From: Epiperipatus broadwayi
Taxonomy: Eukaryota; Animalia; Onychophora
Assembly: GCA_028023455.1 (NCBI GenBank)
Contig: JAQFVV010000006.1
Span: 16,988,001-17,052,000, forward strand
Direction of reading: 5' to 3'
DNA length: 64,000 nucleotides
Numbering within the stretch: position 1 is the first letter of the stretch; every line of letters begins with the position of its first letter. Below the pieces are notes generated by a model. It did no database searches. It worked only from the letters and a program-made list of their open reading frames with translations, and was not told the DNA's origin. A program made the position numbers and the translations under genes. Below are positions 39,040 to 51,336 of this stretch, piece by piece.

Positions 39040-39185
39040 ATGTTATGTGGTAATGTTGACCTGGATTTATGAGATGGATGGATAAAATGTTTGCCTGAAT
39101 GATTTGCAAAAGAATATATGATTGGAGAACCAGATTAAATTTGAAGGGATCTTTGGTCTGCAGTAAAGCAATAATGATTGAACAT
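39040..39185 (+). mobile_element. Old RTE 3' fragment
   Basis: gagatggatggataaaatg...ctttggtctgcagt...gatg resembles the other RTE tails. Confidence 0.45.
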
Positions 39186-40472
39186 GATTACTTGTGAATC
39201 TAGGGTTTTATCATCTTTTAAAATCCTATATGGAAGGTGGTTATTATTAATTTTGTATCAAACTATTATTTTAATATGGAGGCTACTATTCATTATCTTC
39301 TTTTTTCAAAATATGTTTTTGTTCTTCACAAGAGACAGCAATTAGTCTGAAGTCAGATTGCTCTCACTGACTGGCAGTTTGCCTTCCTGTCAGCTGAAAA
39401 GTTTAAGAGCTTTTCAGAAATGCTGCTGAATGGTGTTTGAGTTGGAAATAAAGAAAGGTCATTGCCTTCATTATTTCGGTTTTCAACTAGGCAGAATGGG
39501 AGAAAGAATCAATTTTTAACTATTATTATTATTATTATTTAATTGTTTCTTTGTGGTCACAATAGTTATTTATTGGAATTAGTAATTTAAGAATGATGTC
39601 TTCTTGTAATTACTCAAAAACTATCCTGAAAATCTGACCGCACATATATGATAATAAATTATTTTTCATTCAAAAAACCAGAGTAGCTTGAGATTTCAAA
39701 CCAGAAGTATGTTTAAGAATTGCGATAAAAAATGTCTTGATTTGATAAATCTTAGAATTGTTTATCTATTGTCAGATGTAACTGAATTTAAAAAAAATAA
39801 ACAGTGGAAATTGGATTTTTTTTTATAAAAAGCTTATTTACTTTTTGAATTAATAGATTTTAAATTTCTATATATTTAAAACGAAAGGACATCTTGCAAT
39901 ATTACCATCATAAATAATAAAAAATTTTCTACAAGCTTTTTAAAACAAATTGGGCAATTATTTATTGTGAATTCTTGATTAAAAGCTGCTGCAGGGAGGG
40001 AGCCATATTTATTCTTTTCGTTTGAACAGATTCGAGGCAAAATAAGTATTCATAAATACCTGAATAAACAAATAAAGAATTGTGAATAAGCAGATGTTGT
40101 ATTTATCTTTAAATGCTTGGCCCCATTAAAGGTAGACAAGAGTTCATAGAACTCATGCTACCATGATAGCAAGTCGATATCTAAAGTAAAAGAAAAAAGA
40201 TCTGTGATGCTTTACTGCCATTTAGATGCTCATATGTCACATGACATACTAAGTAGGTACCATTTGTGTTTAAGCAAATTTAGTCCAGCAATAAAGGGAT
40301 GCAATTTCTAGATCAAAGATTAATTTGCCACTTCTAATGCTTTTACGTCACATGATGTTTGAGTAAGGGGTCCCTAACTAGTCACAATGAAAACTTTTCC
40401 CCCATAAGTTGAATACATGAAAATCCTTGGAATATTTAGAATTAATTTATAATTTTTGCAGGATACACACAC

Positions 40473-40546
40473 AGAGAGAGAGGGGGAGGGGGAGGGAGGT
40501 AGGGAGGGAGAGAGAGAGAGAGGGAGGGAGGGAGAGAGGGAGAGAG
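40473..40546. repeat. (GA)n/(GGGA)n purine microsatellite
   Basis: Read directly from the sequence. Confidence 0.95.
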
Positions 40547-40686
40547 ATGTTTATTCATAAAAAAAAAAAAGGAAATAGATACGGTGAAATAAATGAAATT
40601 TCAGGAGCAACATGGTAAGAGGGGAAGGATACATGTAAAAAGGGAATGGTAAGTGGAGACGGGAAATAGTATGTGGTTCAGGCCGG

Positions 40687-41390
40687 TCAGAAATGCATGT
40701 CTTCGTGATTGAATCCTATGGCAGAGGATGGGAGTTGGAGGATTGCCCAAGTGTCTGTGAGGAGTGGAGGTGGGGCTAGTTTGGTATCTTGGGTTTTGAG
40801 AGTGTGAATTAGGTCCAAGAGCTTTTGATTGACTGAATGTACTCTCTGTTCAAGGATAATGGCACATCGGAGCAACCAGAGAGCATAGATGAGAAAAACT
40901 GATAGTCTAATAGTTGCAAAGACCCCTGTTTCTATGGATTCTTGGAGATTGAAGATGGTATTCCTGTGCGAAGAAAGGCAGGAGTTGATGACATTTCTCA
41001 CACCAAGCAGAAAAGGACATTTAAGTAGCAAGTGCTGGAGGGTTTCGTTGTCAGTTTTATAAAGCTGGCATATGGGAGAGATCTTGGTGAAACCCCTATG
41101 GTTAACCAAAAATTGATTTGTGAGGAGTGAAGATTGATTTTGAGGAGGAAATCGAGGAATTTTGCCTCAAAGGACCACCTTTTGAATTTGCGGATTGAGC
41201 ATTGGTAAATTCGAGGAATGTAGGGGACACAATAGAGAAGTCTGCGGTCTGATTGAAAACCTCCCAGTATTTTAGTTTGCTGCTGATGGATGGTATAACA
41301 AAGCCAGCCTTTTGTAGAATGTTGGCAATGAGTGAGGTCCATGACCTAGGCCTGCCACTGGGAGGAGGAGTGTCAGTTGGTGTGATAAAA
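40687..41390 (-). pseudogene. L1/Tx1-like non-LTR retrotransposon C-terminal (zf-RVT) fragment
   Basis: PICQLY..DNETLQHLLLKCP...RN.IF...ALWLLRC, with a frameshifted upstream INFWL segment. Confidence 0.7.
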
Positions 41391-41679
41391 ATTAAACAAA
41401 ATGTAGCCTTTTAATAACTTAAAGCTCATATTTTTTACTGATTTAAAAAAAAACAACAAAACAGTTGTCCAAATAATGTACACAAAGAAAAAATATGCAA
41501 TGTGGAGTCATGATATCCACTGTATTTGTTACAAGCCCTGTTGGTACATCGTATTTCGCGTATGACTCATGGTTTGTTGATAAACTTTAATAATAATAGA
41601 ATACCTATTCTTTATTGAACCGCCAATATACTTTGCTTTTCAACACACACACTCCCACATATAAAACACTGACAATAAT

Positions 41680-42628
41680 GATACTAGGAAAGCCAACATT
41701 GAGAAGGCAGGGTGACTCCATATCGCCAAAACTTTTTACAGCAGTGCTGGAAGAAGTATTTTGTGGATTAAAATGGGAAGCTAAAAGAGTCAAATCAATG
41801 GAGATTATTTAAGTCATTTAGATTTTGCAGATGATGTAATTGTTTTTGCAAATAATGCTGTAGAGCTGCAGGAAATGTTGCAGGAATTGTCAGATGAAAG
41901 GACTAAAGATAAATGTTAAAAAGACTAGAGTAACGTTCAATGGATTTTCTCAAAATATGAAAATAAAGATTGATTATGATGAGTTAGAAGAAGTTAACAG
42001 CTACAAATACCTTGGTCAGATTATTAATGCAGATGGAAATATAATGGATGAAATTAATCATAGAATTAAATTTGGTTGGGGTGTTTTTAGTAAAAATAAC
42101 TTGATGCTAAAAGGAAATATGCCTATGTGTTCGAAAAGGAAGGTTTTTAATAAATCTGTTTTACCTGTTTTTACTTACGGATCTGAGACTTGGACACTTA
42201 ATAGAAGAGCAATACAGACTTCAGACCACTCAAAGATGTATGGAGAAATGCATGTTAGAAGTAGCAAGAAGAGATTGAAAACACAATATATGGGTACGAG
42301 AACAAACAGGTGTTACTAACTTCATTGAAAAAATTTAAAAGACTGAAATGGAGTTGGGCTGAACATATTGCTAGAAGAGATGATAATAGATGGACAATTG
42401 AAATCTTAAACTGGATTTTAAGAGATTGTAAATATGGAGAATTGAAATCTTAAACTGGATTTTAAGAGATTGTAAAAGACCCAGAAAGAGACCACATGTG
42501 AGATGGATAAATGAAATAAGAAAGTGTGCAGGGGTGATGTGGAGAAGAGAAGCTAAAGATCAGAAAAGATGGATTGAACTAGGAGAGACCTTCATCCTGC
42601 AGTGGATTGATAATGGTTGTTGATGATG
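41680..42628 (+). pseudogene. RTE-clade LINE 3' half (RT domain to tail)
   Basis: RQGDSISPKLF, HLDFADDV, YKYLGQ, VLPVFTYGSETW and a (GAT)n tail. Confidence 0.95.
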
Positions 42629-43261
42629 AAGTTATTTATAATAAGTTGAGAGGGCACATTTTTTAAAATTTTACTGAATATTAACTTATTCCCCCCCAAT
42701 AAATTTACTAAACTGTATCTTTAAATAAATTGAATAGCGAAATGGCTCTGGATGACATTTTTTTTCTTTTTTCATTTCAATAATTTTTATAAATGTTCTC
42801 AAATTTCATAAAACTTTTAACATTGTGCTGAGAAAACATTTGATTATGCAAAATACTATACATCAGTTTGGAAAGGATAATAAAGAAAGAATAAAATATA
42901 TGTACTTTCAAGATAAACCAAAGAAATTTTAATAAACAAACATGCACAGTATTTCAAGATGGAAAAAAGACTATATAGCATTATTGTAAAAATTATTAAA
43001 TTTATGAATTTTAATAGTCTTTTTAAATAAGATTAATATTTGGTACTCAGATGAAAAATGGCTGCTGATATATATCATAATATGTATTAAATTTATGAAT
43101 TTTGATGTTTTTCTTGTTTACATTTTTTCTTTGTTTATATATATTGGATAGAGTATAATTGGAAGTGGTGTATATTGATACAACATAATTTGCAACTTCT
43201 TTGTACTATGAAATATGCTGCCACTGTGTCATTTCTAAAGAGAAGTCAATGTTGTGCACCA

Positions 43262-43530
43262 GTCATTATCATCATCATTATTTTCAAACATTATTGAAAG
43301 CGCTATAGAATGAAGATCTTTCCAAGTTTAATCCAATAACTCCAATCCATAGTCTCTTTTTTTCACTTTATTATTATAGCACACTTCTTTATTTCATCCA
43401 TCTATCTGTGGGTCTTTTATAGAGTTTTGTTATCCAGTTTAAGACTTCCGCTATTTCTTTTAGCAATATTTTCATCATAGCTCCACTTCATTCTTAATTC
43501 TTTAATGATATAGGTGATACTTATTATATA
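43262..43530 (-). mobile_element. RTE 3' fragment
   Basis: The reverse complement matches the RTE tail, with (ATC)n at the left end. Confidence 0.7.
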
Positions 43531-43569
43531 ATTTTTGCCATTACTCCTAACATATATCCCTCTATAGTT

Positions 43570-43865
43570 TATTATTTGATCTGAAATGTCTGTTGTTTCA
43601 TTTGTTTTTTAACTCTGAGTTTAAAATCAAGAACTGTGATCTCTCTTCTCAGTTGCTTTGTTCATTGTTTGTGTAGTCATTAATCATTTAAACATCAGAC
43701 GTGGTGGATTAAGCTTCAATTCTGCGATGAACAATAGAAGGTATAATTAATAAATATTGGCTATTGATAACCATCATATTTGTATATATCAGCCACATTA
43801 CACTACTATAAGATCTATTCTAGCAACACCTTGCTTATAGTAGGCATTTTCAAACAAATATATTT
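43570..43865 (-). pseudogene. Penelope-like RT fragment
   Basis: The reverse complement gives YLFENAYYKQGVA (like YFxFxxxYYxQxxGxAMG) and YTNNEQSN.EERSQFL (like FTxExE...LPFLD). Confidence 0.5.
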
Positions 43866-45185
43866 CAGAAACACTGATTAAAAGAAAAATATGTAAAACC
43901 ATGGCAATGAGCAACAAACTTATTATCAATAAATCATGGTTACAGATAAATAACATGGAAAAAAAAAAGAGTACTGCAAAAAAAAGGGTAGAATATATTT
44001 ACTTAAGTAATTTTTTTTTTTGTAATGCTTTATCATATTAAGTCTATCTTTATCATTGCCTATGTAATATTAATTGCACTGTATGCAGCGTGTGTAGAAG
44101 TTATTCTGCAGGAAACAAAATTTTATAATCTTCAATTATTTTTAATAATCTATATAGAGAATTGAAAATTTCATATGCTAAATAAGTTGCAAAGCTATTT
44201 AGTCAATATTTCATTGTTTGTAATTAATTTAAATTATTCTAAAAATTTTGATTTGTAATTATTCTTAAAACAGAATTCTTGAAGTAATTTTAATGATTTA
44301 TTACTGGGGAACTTTTTTAATGAACATGTTATTAACATTGGAAATTGATTGTGGAATGTTTATTGCTATTGGTTAAACATTTACAATATTATAAAAGCAA
44401 GAATCTTGACGGATTGCGTTTAGAATGACGATGTTTAGCGTGTCATTTTTTTAAATTTTAAATAGTAAATCAAAAGAATAATTTGTAAATGCCTGGCCTG
44501 TTTATTAATAGGTTTTAGTAATGAAAAAGTATGCAGCTTTTTTTTTTACTTTGAAAAATAGACAATTTTATGACAAGAAATAACGTTTATATAGATCTAA
44601 TTTAACCAAATTTATTGTATGGAAGTAAGACTCAGGTTCTTTATTGATATAATATAAAGGCATTAAAAAAAAAATCATTTTATAAATATTTTTTAAAACT
44701 CTTAAAAAAATACAATGGTGAGATTTCAACTCCAATCAATATGTCCTTCAGATTGCTAGTTTAGATAAATGAAATGAGTTATAAAGGAAGGAGTTCTAAA
44801 AAAATAATGGCAATCGGTTGGACAGGATGAAGTCTTTTCCGGGGTTTGCAGCAGAGGAGTCTAATACCAAATTAGCATCACAATGTCATGTAAACATTGA
44901 TGAATCAACATGTTGTATATGTTGACATATTTGTGGTATTTGGGTTGATTTATATAGCCATCACAAAACTCGCGCTTTTTTTTATTTACTTATTTGGAAT
45001 TGCAAGTGACTGTTGGATGAATGTGGTACTAATCACGAACTTGTAGTAAGACCTAAAAGCAAAACTACTACAATTAAAGTTAAAAATATTAATTTCAGTT
45101 AAACATGTAAATATCAGTCGGCTCGGAGGTTTTTTTTTGATAAGAAGAGTATTTTTTTTATTGGAAATTTTTTCAGTGTAGATTG

Positions 45186-45465
45186 AACATCAATAATGTG
45201 GAAGTCTTGACTTTATAAATTTAAAGGGATTATTTAATTAATTATTAGCATTAACAAAATCTAGCCAAACCAGGAGTTTTAAAGATAATCAGAGTATATA
45301 ATTGTGGTTTTTACATACTTTTTTCCAGTTATTTGTTGGTCGCAATAATTTGATTATCTTACATAATGGGGCAAACAGTTCAGTAATAATACAGATTAAA
45401 CATTATTAAAGTGGAAGTCTTGGTTTTATAGATTTAAAGAGATTATTTAATTAATCATTAGCATT
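45186..45465. repeat. Direct repeat, ~66 bp x2, 213 bp apart
   Basis: gtggaagtcttg.yttata.atttaaag.gattatttaattaat.attagcatt at 45186-45252 and 45399-45465. Confidence 0.8.
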
Positions 45466-47551
45466 CTCGTTATTAGTACCATTTATAAATGAGTATTCCA
45501 AAAAAGAGGGAAAAAAGGATAAAGAATGAAGAAATAAGATTGGAGCCAAAGTTATTGTGTATGTTACTAAAGGATAAAAAACACACAACCATTGTCACAT
45601 TTGAGTACTGAAAATCACCTTTAATCGGTCCATTTAATCTCTTGGCAACTAGCCTTGTGGAATAGTGAATTGTACATTCACTTGGCATGTCCATAACTTT
45701 GGGTTCAAATCTGATCAATATTTGCGTGAGGTTCGTGATGGTTGGGTTCTTTACTAACTCAAGTGTCTGAAAGCAATAAAATGTGTATGTATGTATGTGG
45801 GGGTAGGGGGCAATGGAGTGAAAATGAGAGAAAAACAGTTGATAGAATAGGAATTTATTTCAGAAATTAATCTTTAACAAAGTAATAGCAAGTGCTTTTT
45901 GGTTAAGCACTGGTTATTTATTAATTGCGGTTATTCCAAATTTCTGAAGGTCTCTGATAACTTGAATTCAGCATAGAACAGACAGAACTAACAAAAATAG
46001 TGGTAAAAATTATTTTTCCTTTTTTTTTTTTTTTGGCTATACGCGAAGAAAGTTGAAGTGAGGGAAATATAAAAATTATAAACATTTTTTATTATGAATA
46101 CATTTAAAAAGAACTGTGAAATAATTATTCTATTACTAGAATTATTGTTCAAATTACTGATTAGGGTATTACATATTTGTTTTTTGTTCTGCCCCTCACC
46201 TTTTTTTTAAAAAAAAAAAAAAATCATGCGTTAACATTTAAATATAGGGGCATCATTATCTTCACAGTTTTATTACGCACCGCCTACGTCTTTAATTAAA
46301 ATATCTTGAACTAAACAAATAAAAATAGTAACGTAATCAAAAAAACACTAGAAAAGACCCAATGTTTTCACACTTTTTAATTCTTCTGTTTAATAATTAG
46401 CTCTTTCTTTGATTAATTTTTATTTAAAACGTTGCTTCCCAAGATTTAATCCAGCGATAGAGTAGTTAGTTCTGGAAATCAGTTCTGTCATTTTCGGAGC
46501 TCAAAAAACTTATTACGAAATCCAGAACACAGACTATTTGACTACTTTATGTTTATTTATTTAAAATAATTTTTATTGGCTTTTATTTACGCTTAATTTA
46601 ATTTTGATGTTTTAATTATTTAAATTAAATAATCTGAAAATTATGTTTTTTATTTTATTTTGCCAGCCTTAAAGTTTAATTATATACAGGTGCAATATTC
46701 TTATTCCAGCAATCTATATTTTTTGTGAATTCGTCCTAACTCATCTAAACTCATCCTCAAATAATGGACTTTGCCTTACTACAATATTATCAAAAATCAC
46801 ATTTTACAGACTGATCAATGAAATGACAATCAACATAAATAAACAGGCCAATTATTGGAAAGCTAGGTCAGTGTATCTGATTGTTTTCAGTAGGGACAGG
46901 GATCTTGCTGTATATTGAAGTTTATTTGAGAGGAAAATTCAGATAACATTTAGATGTTTATACAACATGAATGTTTGCGTACATTGTGTACAATATTGTA
47001 GAAAGCAGTAAGGTATGCTCAAACCTAGAGTAAGAGTTGCTAGCTACATTCATAACCAAATCTGTACATAAAGCAAGCCATCCATGGGCTGGAAGTGTCA
47101 AACTTCAAAAGGAAAGTCACAACATTTTCCCCCCAAACCTAAGCTGGATCATTAATAACTACACTTGCATAGTTTGCCAACCATAACAGAGACAAACCAT
47201 TGTATCTAAATATTTGTATATACTCAGTTTATTAAATACTGCAAGCACATACAATAAGTATCTTTACATTTATTTATGGAGTTATATGTTATTCCCAAAT
47301 AACTAATTATATTACTCTAAGGTGTATTGCAATATAAACACATCAATATCCAAATTTAATGATCTGCTAGATTTTATTGTTTTTAACATGCTATTTTTTG
47401 TTTAAGTAACATTTTTCTTTAATCTTGAGTTCTCATACATTAAATATTAATAAGCACACCACAGAAAATAAATTAATATACATGACAGTACAATAAATAT
47501 CATTAAATTAATAATTTTAATTGTGCAATTTCTATCTTTTTGTATTATAAC

Positions 47552-47652
47552 TTTTTTTTTTCTCATGTGCCATAGCATCAGCCGAACCCGCTAACCCAGG
47601 ACAACTGCTTGTAAAGCAGCCATCGCTACCTCTCGACCACCAATGCTTGACT
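47552..47652 (-). mobile_element. tRNA-derived SINE, copy 4
   Basis: Reverse complement reads gtcaagcattggtggtcgagaggtagcgatggctgctttacaagcagttgtcctgggttagcgggttcggctgatgc, then an A-tail. Confidence 0.9.
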
Positions 47653-48519
47653 ATTTTTGCTTTGTTTTCTGGCTTACAATTAGTAGCTGACTTATCCCCC
47701 TTCCCCCACAAATACAAAGTGAAAACTTTTTATCAGAGTCTTTTACATCAGGCATTGATAAACTTCATCAGACATGATGATAAAATGTTATTGCAAAGTT
47801 GTAATATTGTGTGCCTGGCCTCTGCAATAACTTTTTTTTAAAAAAAAATCTTTAATATAGAGAGGGATTTCTGCAAAATTACACCAAATTGTGCAACGAA
47901 TGCATTTCATAAAGTTTAGTATCAATTTAATTCCCCTAATTTAAATTATTGAGCATCACTATTCAAAAGTCTTAGTCTCAAGATATTGTTTGCTTTAAAT
48001 AGTAGAAGTATATATAGTAAACAATAAACTATTTAAACAAATGAAAAATGAGAAGCTTATTTTTAAGCTGAAATATCATTTTGTAAGGTTTGATATCTCT
48101 CTTATAGTAATTTTATTTGATCTATAGTGAAAATGCTGTGTTTTTTTTTTATTTAAGTTATTTTAATTGATAATAATTTTATCCATGAGCTAAAAGAATA
48201 GAATTAGAAATCCAATACAAACATTTCAAATGAGAGCATTAAAACTATTGCAGAACTAAGTTCTGAATATGAAATGCTTTTATCGTTCTTATAGCAAGAT
48301 TTCCTCATGGCAGAATCAAAATCATAATTTACAAAAAGTCTACATTAAAAAAAAATAATTAAACATATACATTTATTTATGGAAACACAAAAAAATAGAG
48401 TCATAGTGTCTGAAAGAAAGAAAAAGAAGTTTGTTCAGAATTCAGTGATGTGGAAAAAGTCACATATAGAACAATTTCTCATGAAGAGTAATGTCATAAG
48501 AAAAACAATTATATAGGTA

Positions 48520-48840
48520 TTGTAGAGAATCTATACATCCCAAGGTTAGCAGACAAAGTAAAGAAAACCTGTAATCATTGTAATATCAAAACAGTTTTTT
48601 AAAGCCATAACATATTACAAGAAATCATAATCTATAAAAACTAAATTGGAAATACTAAAAACAAACAGCATTTATGAAATATCATGTGAATATGGATATA
48701 CATATATGAATAAAAACACCTATGCCATTGGGGAGGGGGGATTAAAAGAGATTAAAATAATTTTCAGAAAATAATAATAATAAAAATGTATTTAAAGTAG
48801 CTAACCACTCCTGTAGCAATGAACATTTGTTCAATTGGGA
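48520..48840 (+). pseudogene. Penelope-like linker plus GIY-YIG fragment
   Basis: LYIPRLADKVKKTCNHCNIKTVF, SIYEISCEYGYTY and KVANHSCSNEH. Confidence 0.7.
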
Positions 48841-51336
48841 AAGGGGAAGCAATAGTCGCTTGGGTGGTAATGGTAAATAAGCCCTTAAGTCAATCTAGTA
48901 TGATAATTTATAAGGTTTGGGATCATTCATTAGCCTTGCCTTTAAAAGAATGGAGAAGTCAGGAGGACATTCATAGATAAGTAAATAAAATTGGTATTGA
49001 CCAATTCTCTGAATGGATTAGTGGGTAAAGCATCACCTTAAATTCCGTATCTAAAGATCCCTGGTTCAGTTCTCATGTTAGTACTGTCACAAACTTGTAT
49101 TAAGAGGGGAGAATAATACCAGTCAAAATATTGTGTTATATACTAATGTGTGTTATTACTAATGGTTGAATGTATTTGAAAAGTTTAAATAAAATTTAAA
49201 TTTTTTTAAAGGCATTTATTAATTAAAAACTAAATGATAGTCCAATGCATAATTACAAATATTTAATAGTTATTTTGCATTAAGCATTTGTTAGTTTTTC
49301 AGTAAAATATAGGGGCTTTAAAAGTATAGAAGGTTTATGATAATGATTAAGAAATGATTTTTGAAACCATTAATCTAGCAAGGTTGAGAAAAGTAGACTT
49401 AACGAATAGATTATAAAATACTTTTATATAATAGCAGATATTAGGGGGTTGAAAGATTATGGCATATGATGTTAATATAATGAAGACAATATATATTATA
49501 AGTAGCCAAAAGTTGCTGGCCACATGTAAGTAGCTAGATGGGAATAAGAGTAATTTGTTCTGATGATGATCGAATGATAATGGATTATTAATGGTTTTTA
49601 TGCTAAGTGTTGAATTGTAATTTTGCAGTAAATACTTCCAAAGGAATAGAAATGTTATATACCTTAGTTTTTCATTTTTATTATTAGGTGACAGGAGTTA
49701 TCAGGAAAATATAAATCTCTATCATTCAGGGATTAAATGATAGAACTCAGCACAAGATGGCAATGCTTGTCAATTTTTATTTGTTAACTAGAAACAGTTG
49801 TAAAAGTAACTTTTTTGTTTTTAAATTTTGAATAATTTGAAAGATGTTTTATTTAATATATATTTGTTTATATATTTATATAATGCTTTTAGAGGGATTT
49901 ACATTATAGGAAAGATGAAAAAAGTTGCATTTTTCTAACTAATGCAAAAAGTAAACTTTTTTTTTTCTTGAATGAATTTATTACTTTTATAATACATTTG
50001 TTGTTTTAGTTATATTTAAAGTTATTTGTAATAGAAATTTTGTTTAAGAGACCCATCTTTTTTTTCCTATTCTTATTTGAAAGACTTTAGCGACCATTTT
50101 GGTTATATTTTCTCTGTTTACATTGGATCATAATCTTGCTAATTTATAAAATTATTGAATGAAATATTTCTTATTTGAATTTCAATTTTAAAATGGAAAG
50201 AAATTGTAAAATAATGAAAGTATGTTTTAAAATTCAAGATTGCACTTATTATTAAAATTTCATAAAAAAATTCTTTACTGGCATGTGTGAGAGCAATCAA
50301 TAACTATATTTTTATGACCTGTCTTCTTAAAAACAAACATTTTCAAATAAAATCTAATGGTTTAAAATAAATATTTTACAAATATATTGCATAAATAAAC
50401 TAAGTAAAAGAATAAAGCAGTCAGAAAAGCTTGAGCCCAAATAATCTACCAATCAATGTAATGGTTGGTTTCTTTGTATTATAATAAATCAATCAGAACA
50501 TTGTTGGCTTGCTTTGTTATTGAAATTTGTGTGATATTTGTATGAGGTCTGTACAATACATTTTTAAAAAACAAACAAGCATAACTTTAGTTCTAATTTC
50601 TGTTGCAAAAAAAAAAAAAAAATGTGAGTGGCAAAGTAATATTATAGATAACTGCAAAGTAATGAAAACAACCTAAAGCAATAAGTAGCAACATCGTAAT
50701 GCTCCAAACATCTCAGAATGTGCAATAAAGTCGCTGATATTCGTCAAACACATTAAAAAGAGTTATTTTGACAGAACAATATTCAAACAGAAGGTTATAT
50801 ATTTGAAAAATTAATGTCATTTTAATTACATTACTTACCTACGGAAAGGATTAATTCTTTCATATTCATTACTTGAGATAAATAAACTACATCAGGGCTA
50901 ATTGAATAGAATTTAATTTTATGATCTTCCATATGAATATAGTTTTTGGTAAAACAAAACTATTTTTAATTTGTAAACACTTGACCTCAAGCTTGGTTGA
51001 AAAGGTAAAACAACTAAAAAATATAAACTATTAATAGCACTGAGCAAAACACTGCCAGAATCATAGCGCTGAATAAAATTATGCATTACAGGTATGCTTA
51101 TATGCAAATAAGACAATTAGATATTCCATTTTCCAGACAATGGAACGCATAAATCCTTTTTGTTGATGGAATGTGGAGCCTCTTTATACTCTCTTTTCCT
51201 ATCATCTCTTTTTGAGCAAACAATTCTAACATTGGATAGAAATTAAAACAATGAAAAAATATTGAAAGTAATACATTTATTTAAAGGAAAAAATAGTTTA
51301 CTATTTTTGTTTAAAGCATGATATAATTATAAAGTA

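Noticed and set aside
44773-44926. Short ORF MKSFPGF...TCCIC*, extendable by one extra A in a homopolymer
   Set aside because: No recognised homolog or convincing splice context, and the extension needs an assumed sequencing error.
45630-45715. Isolated tRNA-like A/B-box fragments (also ~10330, ~33880 and ~49010)
   Set aside because: No cloverleaf and no matching second copy. They are probably old SINE debris and not tRNA genes.
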